Shown in pieces: positions 47,726 through 60,306 of a DNA stretch of 64,000 nucleotides; position 1 is the first letter of the stretch, and each line of letters opens with the position of its first letter. The stretch is from Oikopleura dioica. Lineage: Eukaryota; Animalia; Chordata. A model generated the notes under the pieces. It was not told where the DNA came from. It did not search any database and saw only the letters and a program-made list of their open reading frames with translations. The position numbers and the translations under genes were made by a program. Location of the stretch: the NCBI GenBank assembly GCA_907165135.1, contig OU015568.1, positions 6,448,001-6,512,000 on the forward strand, in the 5' to 3' direction.

Positions 47726-48649
47726 ATAAAAAGTTTTTCTCCGAAACTTAATTTTCTGCGAAAAAGCGCTTTTATGAGCTTTTTTTTTAATTGCCCATTA
47801 TCAGACATTAAAACTATCATAAAGACCGGATCATCAAATAATAACATCCTTCAGATACTTATTTCAAAGAGCAAAGTACCAGTGTTTTTTCGAGCCACGT
47901 GATTTGCTTTCGAAAAGGGAAAATCATCAACATTACGTCTGATGATTCCCGCCATTAGGTCATTTTTTTCGAGTATGTTTTCAAGTGCTCGAAACTATGG
48001 AAGATTCTGACGTGAGGAGCTTCGTCGAGAGTTTGAGTACACAAAGCGGGGACGTCATCTCTTAATCGCTGTCGTATTAACTTTATCAGATTCTTTGCTG
48101 GCTAGAGGCTACGTAAGGGAGTGTCCCAGCGTCAAATGTCGTTTTCGGGGGCGTATTTTTTGACGGAGCCTGCTTGCTGTAGTTCTTCTTTGAACTGTTC
48201 CTGCAAGGTTCTTTATTTAGCATCTTGAATGAGGTGCTAGTGCCCCGTTTCTTCGCTGGATGGAGTCCAGAGCTAATCCGTGCTAAGCTAACGCCACGCA
48301 GGGTACCTCAACCCTCTGCATAAAAGTACTCAGCAGTTGAGAGAACGGTCAAGGATCAGCAGTCAAACCTGACTTCCCCTCTGTCCAGTGGATCACAGAG
48401 AGAGAGTGGACATCAAAGCTCTAGTAGCGCTCCGTGACGCCACCACTCAGCGCCGATCCACGGTTCATAATCCAGCCGAAATTGCCCCCACTCCCTCACA
48501 GAGAGCCTCAGATAGGTATCTTCCGGATTTTCTGAAAAACGAAGTAATCAACCAACAATCCTTCAATCAATCCTTCAAGAGAATCCAGAAGAATCTTGAT
48601 CTCTTCGCTGAGCTGTAGTCAAAACCCTGAGAATCGAAGTCACGAAAAA

Positions 48650-49894
48650 ATGAACATGAAAATTTTAACGATGCTAGTTTTTACAAGTGCTGTTTCAAAT
48701 GCTTCTTATGATTTTACCGGGTAAGTTCAATTGCAGTAGGCTGTACCTTGGGGGCTAAAACCGATCGGTGAAGGGTTAGGGTTAGAGTTCGGGCCAAGAA
48801 TAAGGGGGTACTCACCATCAATTTAATTTGATCGAGAGTGTTGATAACACGATGAGGTTCAAGCCTCTGATAGTTGTTGATTTATTGGGCAGACATTTGG
48901 GATCGTAGCTCATTTTCGATGTCGCGATTATCGCTAAAAATAGTCTGTCGCGCTTCTTAAAATTATTTAATTGATAGTGGTCTTACCTATTAGGTGAATA
49001 AAACCGTTTTTAGAGGATCCAGTGGCAATTCTATCCCTTCGCAGCGCTCTGGAATGAAGCATGATGAGCATTCAGACCGGAGAATTCATCAATACGTGAA
49101 TAAAGCACAAACGAGAATGTTGAGGAGAAGTACTGACGTTCGCTTTCTCAATGCGACGATAGAAATCGACTACAAAAGTGACAAACGAACGCTGGAAATG
49201 TTCTTTGAATTCGTAAACGGGGAAATTCGAAGCCACAAGGAAGATCTGGAATCAGACGAAGACATCAAGAACATGAAGAAATACATCCAGCGACATGTCG
49301 ACAGCTACAAATGGAATTACATGAGCAACAACGACAGTATCGCCCGAGGAGTGCTCAAAGTATCACTGGACTTCGCGGACGCGCCTTACTTGTGCCACAA
49401 CGCCACGATCATCATCTTCAAAAATCGACTCTCGGAAGTTTCCGATGAAATTGATCGCATTCAACAGCGATATAACGAAACCTACCACAAGAATGTCGAG
49501 GAATACAACAAAATGCGGCTGTATATGCGCAGTCACTCGTTCAACTACAACTCCAATATTGCTCAGATCCCAAGGAGCGAGTCGCCAATTAATTTGGGAA
49601 GTTCGAATGTTCCTTCAGCTTCAGTTAGCGACTACGAAAATTTGGCAGATCCAGCTGATCCAGCTTCTGTTCAGGATGAGATTTGCAATGGTAAGAACTC
49701 TCAAGTTGAATCAACCGGTTTTAATGTCAACGTTTTTAGGGGAACTCAATAAGGCAGAAAACCAAGAAAAATGTTTCGATGCTCGTCGGAAATTCGGGCG
49801 CGTCAAGTGCTCCCTCGCCTGCAAATTCGCCGTCATCCCTAGAACGCGAGAGATAAAGCTAACAAGCGTTGAGTTTTCTTGGACTCGAGCTTGA
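48650..49894 (+). CDS. Secreted hypothetical protein (3 exons)
   Basis: Signal peptide MNMKILTMLVFTSAVSNA; GTAAGT donor near 48721 joins the 49017 exon; final exon GELNKAENQEKCF..TRA*. Confidence 0.6.
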
Positions 49895-50425
49895 GGCTCG
49901 TTGCCTTCGTAGTCTTGATTTGTCGCGATACCGCCAGAGCCCAATGCCATGTTCAAAACTCATTGTGTTACTTTCTGAAAGTTCATTCTTCTCATAAAAA
50001 ATTCTTCCTTTAAAAAAATACCCGTTCTAGGTCTCTTCTGTACAGATACAGTATCGCGCGACTAACAGCATAAAACAACGTTTTCCACGAGACCTAGCGC
50101 CTTAAAAATCCGAAATGCACAAAAGTTCAAAGTCGCTTGCTACTACCCTTTTGGAAAAAATTAATATTTATGTGATTATGATTGTTTTACTTCTTCTCAG
50201 ACGTTAATTATTGCCACTCAACTGCGTTTAATGGACCAGCTTTATTCTGAGCGTTGACATTTTGAGAGAGCGCCTATTTATAATTTCCCCTTCCGGAAAG
50301 ATCGTTTTCACACAGAATAAATCAACGCCCTTGTAAATAAAAAAAAATACGAGTTGTTTTTTCTCACAGTCGAACTTGTCCCGCAGGTTGAACTATTAAT
50401 TTTTTACTACAAGAGTTCTCAAATA

Positions 50426-50682
50426 GGACTAAACCAATTTATGGAAGTGCATTTTTGAAGAACCAATAAGAATGCTGTATTTGGCATACCGGCCAATCAA
50501 AATACTTATCCATAAAATCAAGTGCATATTTTGGTTTTGCCCCCAAAATAGAAGTCAAAAATTTTGGGTCGAACCAATTTTTGGAAGGGATTTTTATGGA
50601 AAGGGTTTTGATTGGCCGGTAGGCCAAATAGAGCAATTTTATTGGTAATCCAAAAATTCACTTCCAAAAATTGGTTTAGTCC
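50426..50682. mobile_element. Palindromic MITE upstream of MyBP-C
   Basis: ggactaaaccaattt / aaattggtttagtcc termini with inner arms ccggccaatcaaaa / ttttgattggccgg. Confidence 0.65.
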
Positions 50683-50936
50683 AAAATGTTCAGCAAGGAA
50701 GCTAAACTTCTATAGACTAAGTTACTGGAGTAGCAATTGAACTTCTCATTTGAAAGAAAGATCCTTCGCAAAGGTTCATCCTTTTGGATGAGCAAACTTC
50801 AGAGCCGGTACTATAAACTTTGCAAGAGATAGGCGCAAGTCGGAACTATAACCATGTGCTACATCCGAAAAGACCCCTGCCGAGCATCTTTGCATCGCAT
50901 AGAATCAGTCGAGAGATTCAATTCTACCAGTTCAAC

Positions 50937-53900
50937 ATGTCAGGTAAATCTATCCAAGAGCTATTTTCTTCTGAAAAAATAAAGATTCGGAGATCTGGCG
51001 AATCGTGGATATCCCACCTGTTGTGTCGTCTACTGAAGGCAAAGATGTGACAATAACCGCGAAAATCGCCGGTCCTAGCGAAGGGCCCCAGCCAACTGCT
51101 ACTTGGATCAAGGGAAAATTCTCTGAGCTGAAAAAGTCAGCGCGCCTTGCTCTTGGCATCAACGAGGAAAAGCAAGAAGCCTTTTTGACGATCAAAAAGG
51201 CAAAAATTTTCGACGAGGGGAAGTACACCCTCAAGCTCAAAACCGGCGATCAGGAGGTCCAGACAACTATCCAAGTCAATGTTGGAAAGCAAGAAGTTTC
51301 GAAGCCAGCAACGGTAACTTTTGTTATAAGCTTAGCTGCCAGCTAAAAATGCTTGCTTTTTAGGGCTCTTCAAAAAAGGTATCACGCGAGCTTAACTTAA
51401 TAAACCCGATTTTTATAGATGATGGAATCCATTGTCTAGTGATGATGAATATTTTTTGTAAAGCGCTTACAAAAAAGCTTTCATTTGCTTAGCATACTTA
51501 CAGAAATGTACAGTGGCTAATCAAGAATTGGACCCTGCGATTCTTCGCAAAGAAGGCCACTTTATGATTAGCCACTGTAATAACAGACTATAACTAAATG
51601 CATAGGAGGCTGCTGGAGACGCAGATTCATTCAAAAAGCGAATGCGTCGCTATATGAAATCGGCCAACAAGGCCATCGCTGGAGATCAAGGTGACGTCTG
51701 GATGGAGCTGACGAAAGCCTCACCAAAGGACTACGCTGAGATCGCCTTCAATCATGGAATCACTGGTAATTAATCGCGCGCACACGCAACGAGTCATTAA
51801 TATCTGTCGAATTGACACTATTCAGACCTCCGCGGAATGCTCAAACGTCTGGCTGCTGTCAAGAAGAAGAAGAAAGATGGCGAAAAGGACGATAAGGCGA
51901 GTATCTTTTTATAAACAAGTTTATTTTTAAATTTTGAGTCTTCCTTGATTTCAAAACGCGCTTCAGGAAAAATTAAATTCAAACGACTTGCAGCACCCCG
52001 TCCTAAAAAAGGCTCGACGACGAGGAACGCTCACTGGCGAAGATATGAGTCAACTGCCGTACGACATAAAACTCAAGTGTGGAAAAGCGAAGAAGGGCCA
52101 GGACAACAGCGCGGCGCTCGATTTCCGGTAATACTTCCTTTATGATTGCACTTCCGCGTCATTGACGTCAGCTTGTTTCGCTGAAAAATGATCGTTTAGA
52201 CAACAAGACGCTCGTTTATCATAAAAATTATTGAAAAACAAGTTTCCGAAACTTATTCTCTTAAGATCGCTTCTGAAACACGTCGGAGCATTCTCAAAGA
52301 AGATGGCTCATTCTCTTTCCTTCACCGTCGGCGACCGAATAATGCTAGAAGTTGAAACCTCAAACGAAGTCACCAAGGGCGAGTGGCAAAAGGCCGGAAA
52401 GAAGGTTTGCGAGAACAACCGAATCCGCATCATCCAACAGGGTTGCCGAAGAAGATTGATCATCGACAGCTGTATTTTGTCCGACGATGCGAATTTCTCC
52501 TACGTCTGTGGAACTGAACGCTCAGACTGCGAAGTCTTCGTTCGCGATCTTCCCTGCACCATCATCGTTCCTCTTGAAGACACGCAAATGATCGTCGGTC
52601 AGCAAGTCATCATGACCGCAAAGCTTTCCGTTGCTGGCGCAAAAGCGAGACTTTTCCACGAGGGCTCGGAAGTGAAGATGAGCAAAGACGTCACCTACTT
52701 CGTCAAAGATAAACTATTCGAGTTCCGAATCGACAAGCTCAAATACGACCACGCTGGTTTCTATCAATTGAAAACCAATGGCGATGAATGCCTAGCCGAG
52801 TTGATCGTAGAAGACAAGCCAATCGACTTCTCTTCTGGTTTTTCCGATCTTACTGTCAACTGCACCGAGTATGCGGAATTCAAATGCCAGGTTAATGATC
52901 CTGAAATCGAAGGAAGATGGTACAAAGATGGAATTCCAATCGTCGAAAGTGAGAGAATCAAGTTCGTAAACGACGGATGCTTGAGAAAAATCTGCATTTA
53001 CGATGTCCGAACCAGCGACATTGGCGAATACGAGTATCGATGCAAATCTGGCAAGACCGAACTTTCGATGACTGCTTGTTTGGATGCGATCGAACTTGTT
53101 GTTGAAAAACCAAAGGAACCACCGAAAATCTATTTGAACTTGAATGAGAATCGCGAGGTTTGTGTTAGAGCAGGTTGTAAACTCGTTGTTGATGTTCCGA
53201 TTACGCGGGACTTGCGAGGAAAAGATGAGCAAGTGGGAGTGAAGACGAACAAGATTGAAACTCACGTCGGTAAGCGAATTCAAGGCGGAATGGTTTACAT
53301 TAGGGTCGGAAATTTCAGGGCCATGATCACGGTAGGCGCCGATATTTTTTTGGGTGGACCTTTGGGAGGTACTCTTCAAGAAAAAACACATGGCCCCCGG
53401 TTAACCCATCATCGACAAGCAAATTTTAACCCGTTTTTGAAAATGTCTATTTTTCAATAAAATTACGTATTAATACTATTTTTAATGCTTTTTTATGCCT
53501 GTAAAATCAATAAATTTATATTAGAAAAAATTATTAACCCCTTTTCGACATGAAAAAATTAACCTATTTTTTCAAAAATAGTTTTTTCTTCAAAAATAAC
53601 ATATTAAGTAATCAAAAATGCATTTTTGTGCATAAAAATTCAATAAAAATAAAAAACACGCCCATTTCAAGGGCGAAAATTTAATAGAAATTCTAAAAAT
53701 CGCCCTTTGCCGACCTTTCATCCTCTCTTCTTCGTTTTTTCGCTCTCTTTTCTCCTTTTTCTCCTCTTCTTCCTCTTTTTTCGCCGGCGCGCAACGAGCG
53801 CGCCTCTTGGCCAATCAAAGCCGGGCAGAGCCTCGAGAGCTCGCTCTCAGCGCCTCGCTCGGCGGTCTGGACGGTGGTGGTGCAGCGGCTCGCAGCGCTG

Positions 53901-56900
53901 AGCGCGCGTTAGCGCGCTGCGCTGCGCAAGCGCTTTTGCGTTGGCGTAGGCGTTTTAGGCGTAGGTTCGCGCGTATAAGCGAGATTTTTTCTGCCGGCGA
54001 GCTCAGTCTCCGGACTCACGCCGCCCGTCTCCCCTAGTTTCCCCCCCTTTTTTTTAATAAACTCTTTGAGTTAATTATTAAAAGGGTTAATTATTTTTTT
54101 AACCGAGGTCAGTCCGGTGACCCGACTAATCTTTCGGCAGGCAGCCCCTTGAGCAAGGGTGCAGGAAGTAAATGCCCCCGATTGGACACCCCTAGGCCAC
54201 CCTCACCGGATAGATACTCCTGAAAGATGGAGGTGCGTGGGGGGTAGGGCACGAGCGAAATCTCGAATTTCGCAGTATTGCCCGCAACCCAAGCCCAAGT
54301 CCCACACTATTCCGGCAACCCCGACTCCTGATGCCACCGGACCTCTGGCATCAGGGCCCTAAGGGCCAGCAGAGGTATCTGCCCCCAGGCGAGGCCGCTG
54401 CCCTCTTGTGGAGTGAGGGCGTCCCCCCAGACAGGAGTCACACCACCTTCGGCATGGTGCCTGAACGCTGGGAAAAAGGGGAAACTACGCGGATAACCTG
54501 GGGGAGGGGGGATACTCTGGTTCTAAGGGTTCAAGTCGGGGGACAGGGTTCCGGGGAGACGGGTCATGACGTTTTATTTTTGAATCTTGTTTTTATGCGT
54601 TAATTTAGAGCATAAATATATAGTCGTTTATAAAGTGATTATATATTTAACTTTAATATGCATTTTAGCAAATCAAAAAATAATCGTCAGGGATTGTTTA
54701 GCTATTTATTTCGGTTGTTTAACCACTGAAATCGAATTTGAAGAGAGCCCGACTCTTGAAATTGTCGATGAAATAAATGGCTGGCATGACCAAATAGGCA
54801 ATCAATTCATTTTTCAAGAAGAATGATCGTTAGGTTAAGATTTTCTTTAGTTTAATTATCGATCATTCATAAAGACCAAAAGGAATGAGTTGATCAGTTG
54901 AAATTATTCTTAGTTTGAACGAACGATCACTTATTAAAAGACAGACGAAACAAGAAGACTTTCCAGGAGCTGATGTATTTCAAGATCTTTTTTTACAAAT
55001 CATCAGCATCAAAGGCTCATTTTTATTAATTTTACCGTAGAAGTTATTGTTATTTATGTGCATTCAGACAAAATTTTTTTCTTGTTAATTAACAAGTACT
55101 CTTTTCAGAATCTTTTCGCAATGTTCGTTGAATCCGCCTCGATTGAAGACTTCTCGGTTGTTGCTGTCGAACTCTCCGAAGAAATTCGATTTGAGTACAT
55201 TTGCGAGCTTGCCGACCGGTCGCTTGAACAACTTGCAGCTGATGTTGCAAAGAAAACTTGGGAAGAACTGCAATCAACCGCCCGGACCATTTGCAATTCA
55301 CTTGCTCAGGTTGCAACTGAAGGTAAAAGATCTTATAGAAATTTCTGTTAAGTAAACATCAAACTAGACCCTGATTTCGTTTTCCCGCAGAATCATTGGC
55401 ACGGCGAGAAGAAAAAGGCGTACGATCGAAATGTGGGTGTTCTTCGAAAAGCGCTTCGTAAACTTCCAGAAGATGGAGTTGTTAGACTCATTCGTGTGTC
55501 TGTCGACAAGGAACCTTCTCAATCAAGAAAGCGCAAAACAACAACGATTCGTGATCTGCCTGATGTTGACGAACTAACAATCGATTCATTCGCTTTCCTG
55601 GAAGACAAACTGAACAAACACCAGCTGAACGCGATTTTGATGATTGCGAACGCACAATCTTCTTCGTTTCGAGAACTTCAGCTGAGAAAAGTCGCGGAGA
55701 TTTGTAACGAGACGCCGCCTACCCTAACTGAAGAAGAGACCTTGTCATCTCAACTCGAGGAAGTTGTGATTTCTCAACCGACTTCATCATATTCTCAAGA
55801 GCTGCCAAAAGAAAAGGTGTCTTCAATCATCGACCGAGTTGATCTGAAAGAAAGTTGCCTGCTTCTGAGCACCGAGAAGAATATCGCGCCAGCGGTCATC
55901 AATGATGTAATCGTTGAAGTTTTCCAGAACATCCCTGATGCAATCATCGAGCCTTTTACTGATCGATCTTTGCGAAATCATCTCCCGCTCGTCCAGCCAC
56001 TTCAGCATCAACAAGAAATTGTTTTTATCGAAGAGGCAACAAGTTTATCGATTGGCCTCGACAGTACCACCATCAGTGGGATCGAGTACAGCAGCCTTAC
56101 GATTTTGTCAAGCGACGGAGACTCGCTGTTTTGGGATATCAAGAAGGTTGCTGACCATTCTGGCGCTACCGTTGCTGATCAGTTCAACTCGAAGATGAAA
56201 GAGTATCCGGAAGATATTCAACGACTGATCGCTGAAAAGACTCAAAGCCTTCACAGCGACAGGGCTCCAGCAGCGAAGAAAAGTGTGGAAATTATCAAAA
56301 AATCACTTGATAAAGTCTGCGCTCGAGATCGAGTCTACATACCTTGCAGCATGCACATCCCGTTGAACTGCGAAAAGGGTCTTCGAGCTTCGATGCCAAA
56401 GGATATCCTCGATCAAGTGGCCCTTCTAGAGAAAGTTTTATCATCCCATCGCCTGCATCAAACGAAATCCTCCAAGGGAGCTGACTTCTTGACATTCCTG
56501 AAAGCGAAGAAGCTAGGATCCGAAAATGTTCTTCTCGAATCTCTTGCACTCTACTCCAATGTCAGATTCTCCGTCTTCGCGAAAAACCTCGAAAACGTAC
56601 TGATCAATCTGCCTTACATTGAAGAGTTCTTGTCACGAGAAGGCCACAAAACAACTTCGAAGTTCATCACTGACAACAAACAAAGGTTCCAAGTCGAACT
56701 TCTCGCGGCGATCTTTGTCTACAAAAACGTCGTTGCTCCTTGGTGGGAAAAAGTTCGAGCGAAATCTGATGTCGAGTACTATGAAACGCTCAAACAAGAG
56801 CTTGACCTCACTTTCGAAGGCATCATCAGTGCTGCAAGTCCTTTCATCGTCGTGAGGAGCAAGAGCAAAAATCTGATGTTGCAGAATGACGGAGAAACCA

Positions 56901-59900
56901 CCTTGTTCAAGGCAGTTGCTGACTCCATTCAGAAGAACAACTTCAAAGAACTGAACGACGCGATCAAGTCGAAGGCAGAACTGGTGAAAAATGTGTTCCA
57001 CAGATTCCGTATCCAAGACGACACGACTCCTCTTATCGGTGAAGTGACATGGACAAATCAGCTTGCCGAAATGGTAATTGATAATAGAGAATTTCTTAAA
57101 TGATAACTAAATTAATTTAGTCAATGGGTGCTCTCAAAAGGATCTATGGAATCAGATTCAACCTGAATCATGAGAATCTTGCTCTTGCCGGCAAGTCGAG
57201 TTACAACCGACCGATCTCTTTCTGGCGCGAGCGCGATGCTTCGAAGATCGAGCAAGTTTTCAAACGCGGGACGCTCAAACGGCTTTCAGATGCGCGCAAA
57301 CGACGCAAAGAGTCCGCGGATGCAGCCCAAATTGAAGCTGAAATCAAAAGGCAGAAAAAGCACAAAGAGGAAACAGAGCGAGAAACAAAACTTCTTGCTG
57401 ACATTCACGATTACATCCCAATGAATCTTGATTCGGTAATTCATAGAAAGTGTTACAAATTTAACCAATTTATAAAGGCTCACTTCAAACAAATGAAAAA
57501 AGCATTTGACCGTAAAGCGAAAGTGACGACTTCAGCAAAAGAATTCCGCGCCCTTTGCATCATGAAAATGCGTGAATGCTTCGACTTACGACAGAATAAA
57601 GAAGCAGGCGCATGGGAAGACAAAAATCCTTCAAGCAAGGAGATTGATGCATACAACTCTTACTTGCTGATTTTTAGAAAATAAAGAAAGAGAACTAGAA
57701 TTATTTGATCTTTTCTTCTTTGTCAAGCTGTTTTTACATTTCAGGGCAGCGGTTAACGACTTAAATTCAATTTGTTCGGGAAAAAGAAGAAAAATATGAA
57801 TTGATATGTACAAAAACCATTGTAACAATTATTTATGAGTATTTTAGTAGAAATAAGTATTTTTTTGCAATAGGGTAAAATTTTACCTTCCGTTTATGGG
57901 TTCTGAATATATTTGTCTTAAAGTTTATTGTGTTTCTACGCATAAATAATAAGTTTAAACAATATAAAACATAATTTTTCGAGTAAAAAAAACAATTTTT
58001 TTGAAAAAAGGTTTAATTTTTGCTTCCGATTATAGGTTAAAAATAAATTTTTGGAAAAAAATTCTGATTTTTACGCATAAAAAAGGAGAATAAACAATAA
58101 AAAACATAAATTTAGCCTAAAAAAAGCCATTTTCCAAAACAGGTTAAAATTTGCTTGTCGATGATTGGTTAACCGGGGGCCATGTGTTTTTTCTTGAAGA
58201 GTACCTCCCAAAGGTCCACCCAAAAAAATATCGGCGCCTACCGTGATCATGGCCCTGAAATTTCCGACCCTAGTTTACATCGACGAAGAAAACGCCGAGA
58301 TAACTTGGTCAAGACAACTGCGGGGCGATCTCGATGGCGATGGAAAAGTTGACTTGAACGAATATCTCGAGCCAGAGGTGATTCCTGAAGATGGGAAGCA
58401 CGTCCACTCCGATAATATCCCGGACAAAACTTCGATGATTCTCCATGACGCGCTGCGAACTGATGCCGGTCGATACCAGCTCGAGGTGAAGACTGAAACT
58501 GGAGTCGACAAAATTCACTTTCTCGTCCGAGTCATTGATGTTCCCGGTCCACCAACGCAGCCGAGGATTTCCGAGCTTGTCGGCGAGTCTTGTCGGGTCG
58601 ATTGGGGCCCTCCTCTTGAAGATGGCGGCTGTCTTATTCGAGGTTATTTGATCGAAAGAAAGAAAACCTGCTCGACTCGCTGGATTCGACTTAACTCAAG
58701 TCTTCATGAATTTCATAACTTCTTTGCCGATCGAATGATGGAAGGCTCCGAATATGAAATCCGAGTAAGCGCGGTCAATGAGTGCGGAGTCGGCGAGCCC
58801 TCGATGAATTCCGAAAAATTTATTCCCATGGAACCAACCTCTGAAGTTCTCGACTTCTGCTCCTCTGACGTCACCGACGGAACAGTCAAGCTCAACTGGA
58901 TGGAACCCCTGGACATTGGATACGCTGGCCTTGACGGATACGAGCTCCAGCACCAAGTTCTCAAGGGCAAGAAACACGATGACGACGCACTAAGTGCCAC
59001 TGAATGGGTCGACTCAAACAACCAAAAACTCTTGGCTCCGGAGGCGATGGATTTTATCTGCAAAAATCTTGAAATCGGCAAGTACTACGCCTTCCGAATC
59101 CGAACTCGAAATATTGCTGGATCGTCGAAGTGGGTTTACTGTGGCCCAATTATTTGCGCCTTCGCTGTGATTGACCCAAAGTTGCTCATCCCGAAGGAAT
59201 ACAAAAATCCGGGAATTTTTGTTCGAAAAGGCGCTCGACTCAATGTCCTCATTCCATTCGAGGGACGACCGCTTCCTCAAATTTCCTGGAAAATGCTTGA
59301 GCCTCCAAAAGAAGGCTGGGAATTTCTCGAAGCATCGATGAAGCCGTTAGAGGACTATGTGACTATCAAGAACAATCAGACTTCCAGTCAGCTAACTATC
59401 AAAGAAACTCGCATGAGCGATACTGGAAAATACTTCATCAAACTCTCTGTCGGAGACGTAGAAGTCGAGTCCGAAATAAACGTCAACGTTGTCGACATTC
59501 CTGGAGAAGTGAAAGAGCTCAAGATTGTCGAAATCGTCGGAACAACTGCTGAGCTCTCTTGGAAACCGCCTTTGAGCTCTGGAAACTTGGACATCCTCGG
59601 CTACCGAGTTGAAAAGCGCGACAAAAGATCAGGAGCTGATTGTCCCTGGTTCATGTGCTTGGAAAAGACACGGCAGGAGAAGTGCTTCATTCATGGCTTG
59701 GTTCCAAACAACGATTACGCTTTCCGAGTTACTGCGATCAACGAAATCGGCCAAGGACCCCCTTCGAGTACTGATTACGGAAGAGTTGACGCAACGCCTT
59801 ACGATTTAAAGCTGAAGCCTTATATTTCCAAGTCATTGGAAAAAGCTCCAAAGTTCACGACTCCTCTGAACTCTCGATCGATGATCGTCAATTTCGAAAC

Positions 59901-60197
59901 AACTCTTTCCTGCAGCTTCGAAGCCTACCCGCCGCCGAAGATCACTTGGCTCTGGAATAAAGTTCCGATCGACAAGATGAATCCACACTTCATGATGATT
60001 TCCCAAGGCGGAATTTGTCAACTAAAACTTCGCCGAGTCAGATTTGGCGATGGCGGAATTTACTCCTGCGTGGCTGAGAATGAACTTGGAACAGGCAAAT
60101 TCTAGCGATTTTATGATGATAACTTTTCTGTTTAGACACAGTAACAACAAAAGTCGACGTTCAGGACCCAGAAGCGAGAATGATCAAAGCCGTCTGA
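50937..60197 (+). CDS. MYBPC: Myosin-binding protein C (C1-M-C2...C10, no C0), interrupted in C5 by a hAT element
   Basis: M-domain DVWMELTKASPKDYAEIAFNHGIT|DLRGMLKRL; Ig C2-C5; Fn3 C6, C7; Ig C8; Fn3 C9; Ig C10. The frame GGMVY-IDEENAEITW is restored by removing 53301-58280. Confidence 0.92.
51508..51579. repeat. Short intronic hairpin (15-bp inverted repeat)
   Basis: tacagtggctaatca / tgattagccactgta. Confidence 0.6.
53301..58272 (+). mobile_element. Complete hAT-like DNA transposon, 4972 bp, ~145-bp TIRs, 8-bp TSD
   Basis: tagggtcggaaatttcagggcc... / ...ggccctgaaatttccgacccta; TSD gtttacat at 53293-53300 and 58273-58280. Confidence 0.93.
55098..57684 (+). CDS. hAT-like DDE transposase (5' exons uncertain)
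   Basis: IGLDSTT (D1), LHSDRAP (D2), IPCSMH (CxxH), NVRFSVF, WTNQLAEM|SMGALKR (E); intron 57073-57120 is in phase. Confidence 0.75.
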
Positions 60198-60306
60198 TTT
60201 TTATTTATGCTGAATTTTCACTTAAAAATAAACATACTTAAAGTTTTGAGAATCTCAAATTGAGATCTTCCTTTTTTAAAATCATCGCAGAGCGGAAGTA
60301 GAGAAA

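Noticed and set aside
48000-48620. 76-aa ORF at 48388-48618
   Set aside because: GTG start, no clear splice context or homology.
54023-54561. piggyBac-like element (CCC...GGG ends) or hammerhead/HDV ribozyme
   Set aside because: No TTAA target site; no CUGANGA/GAAA core or convincing HDV pairing could be built by eye.
54159-54603. Short ORFs in the GC-rich island
   Set aside because: Expected by chance at high GC; no motif.
53293-58280. Precise splicing of the hAT element using the GT that starts its TSD
   Set aside because: GT at 53293 to AG at 58273 removes 4981 nt, one more than element plus TSD, causing a frameshift.
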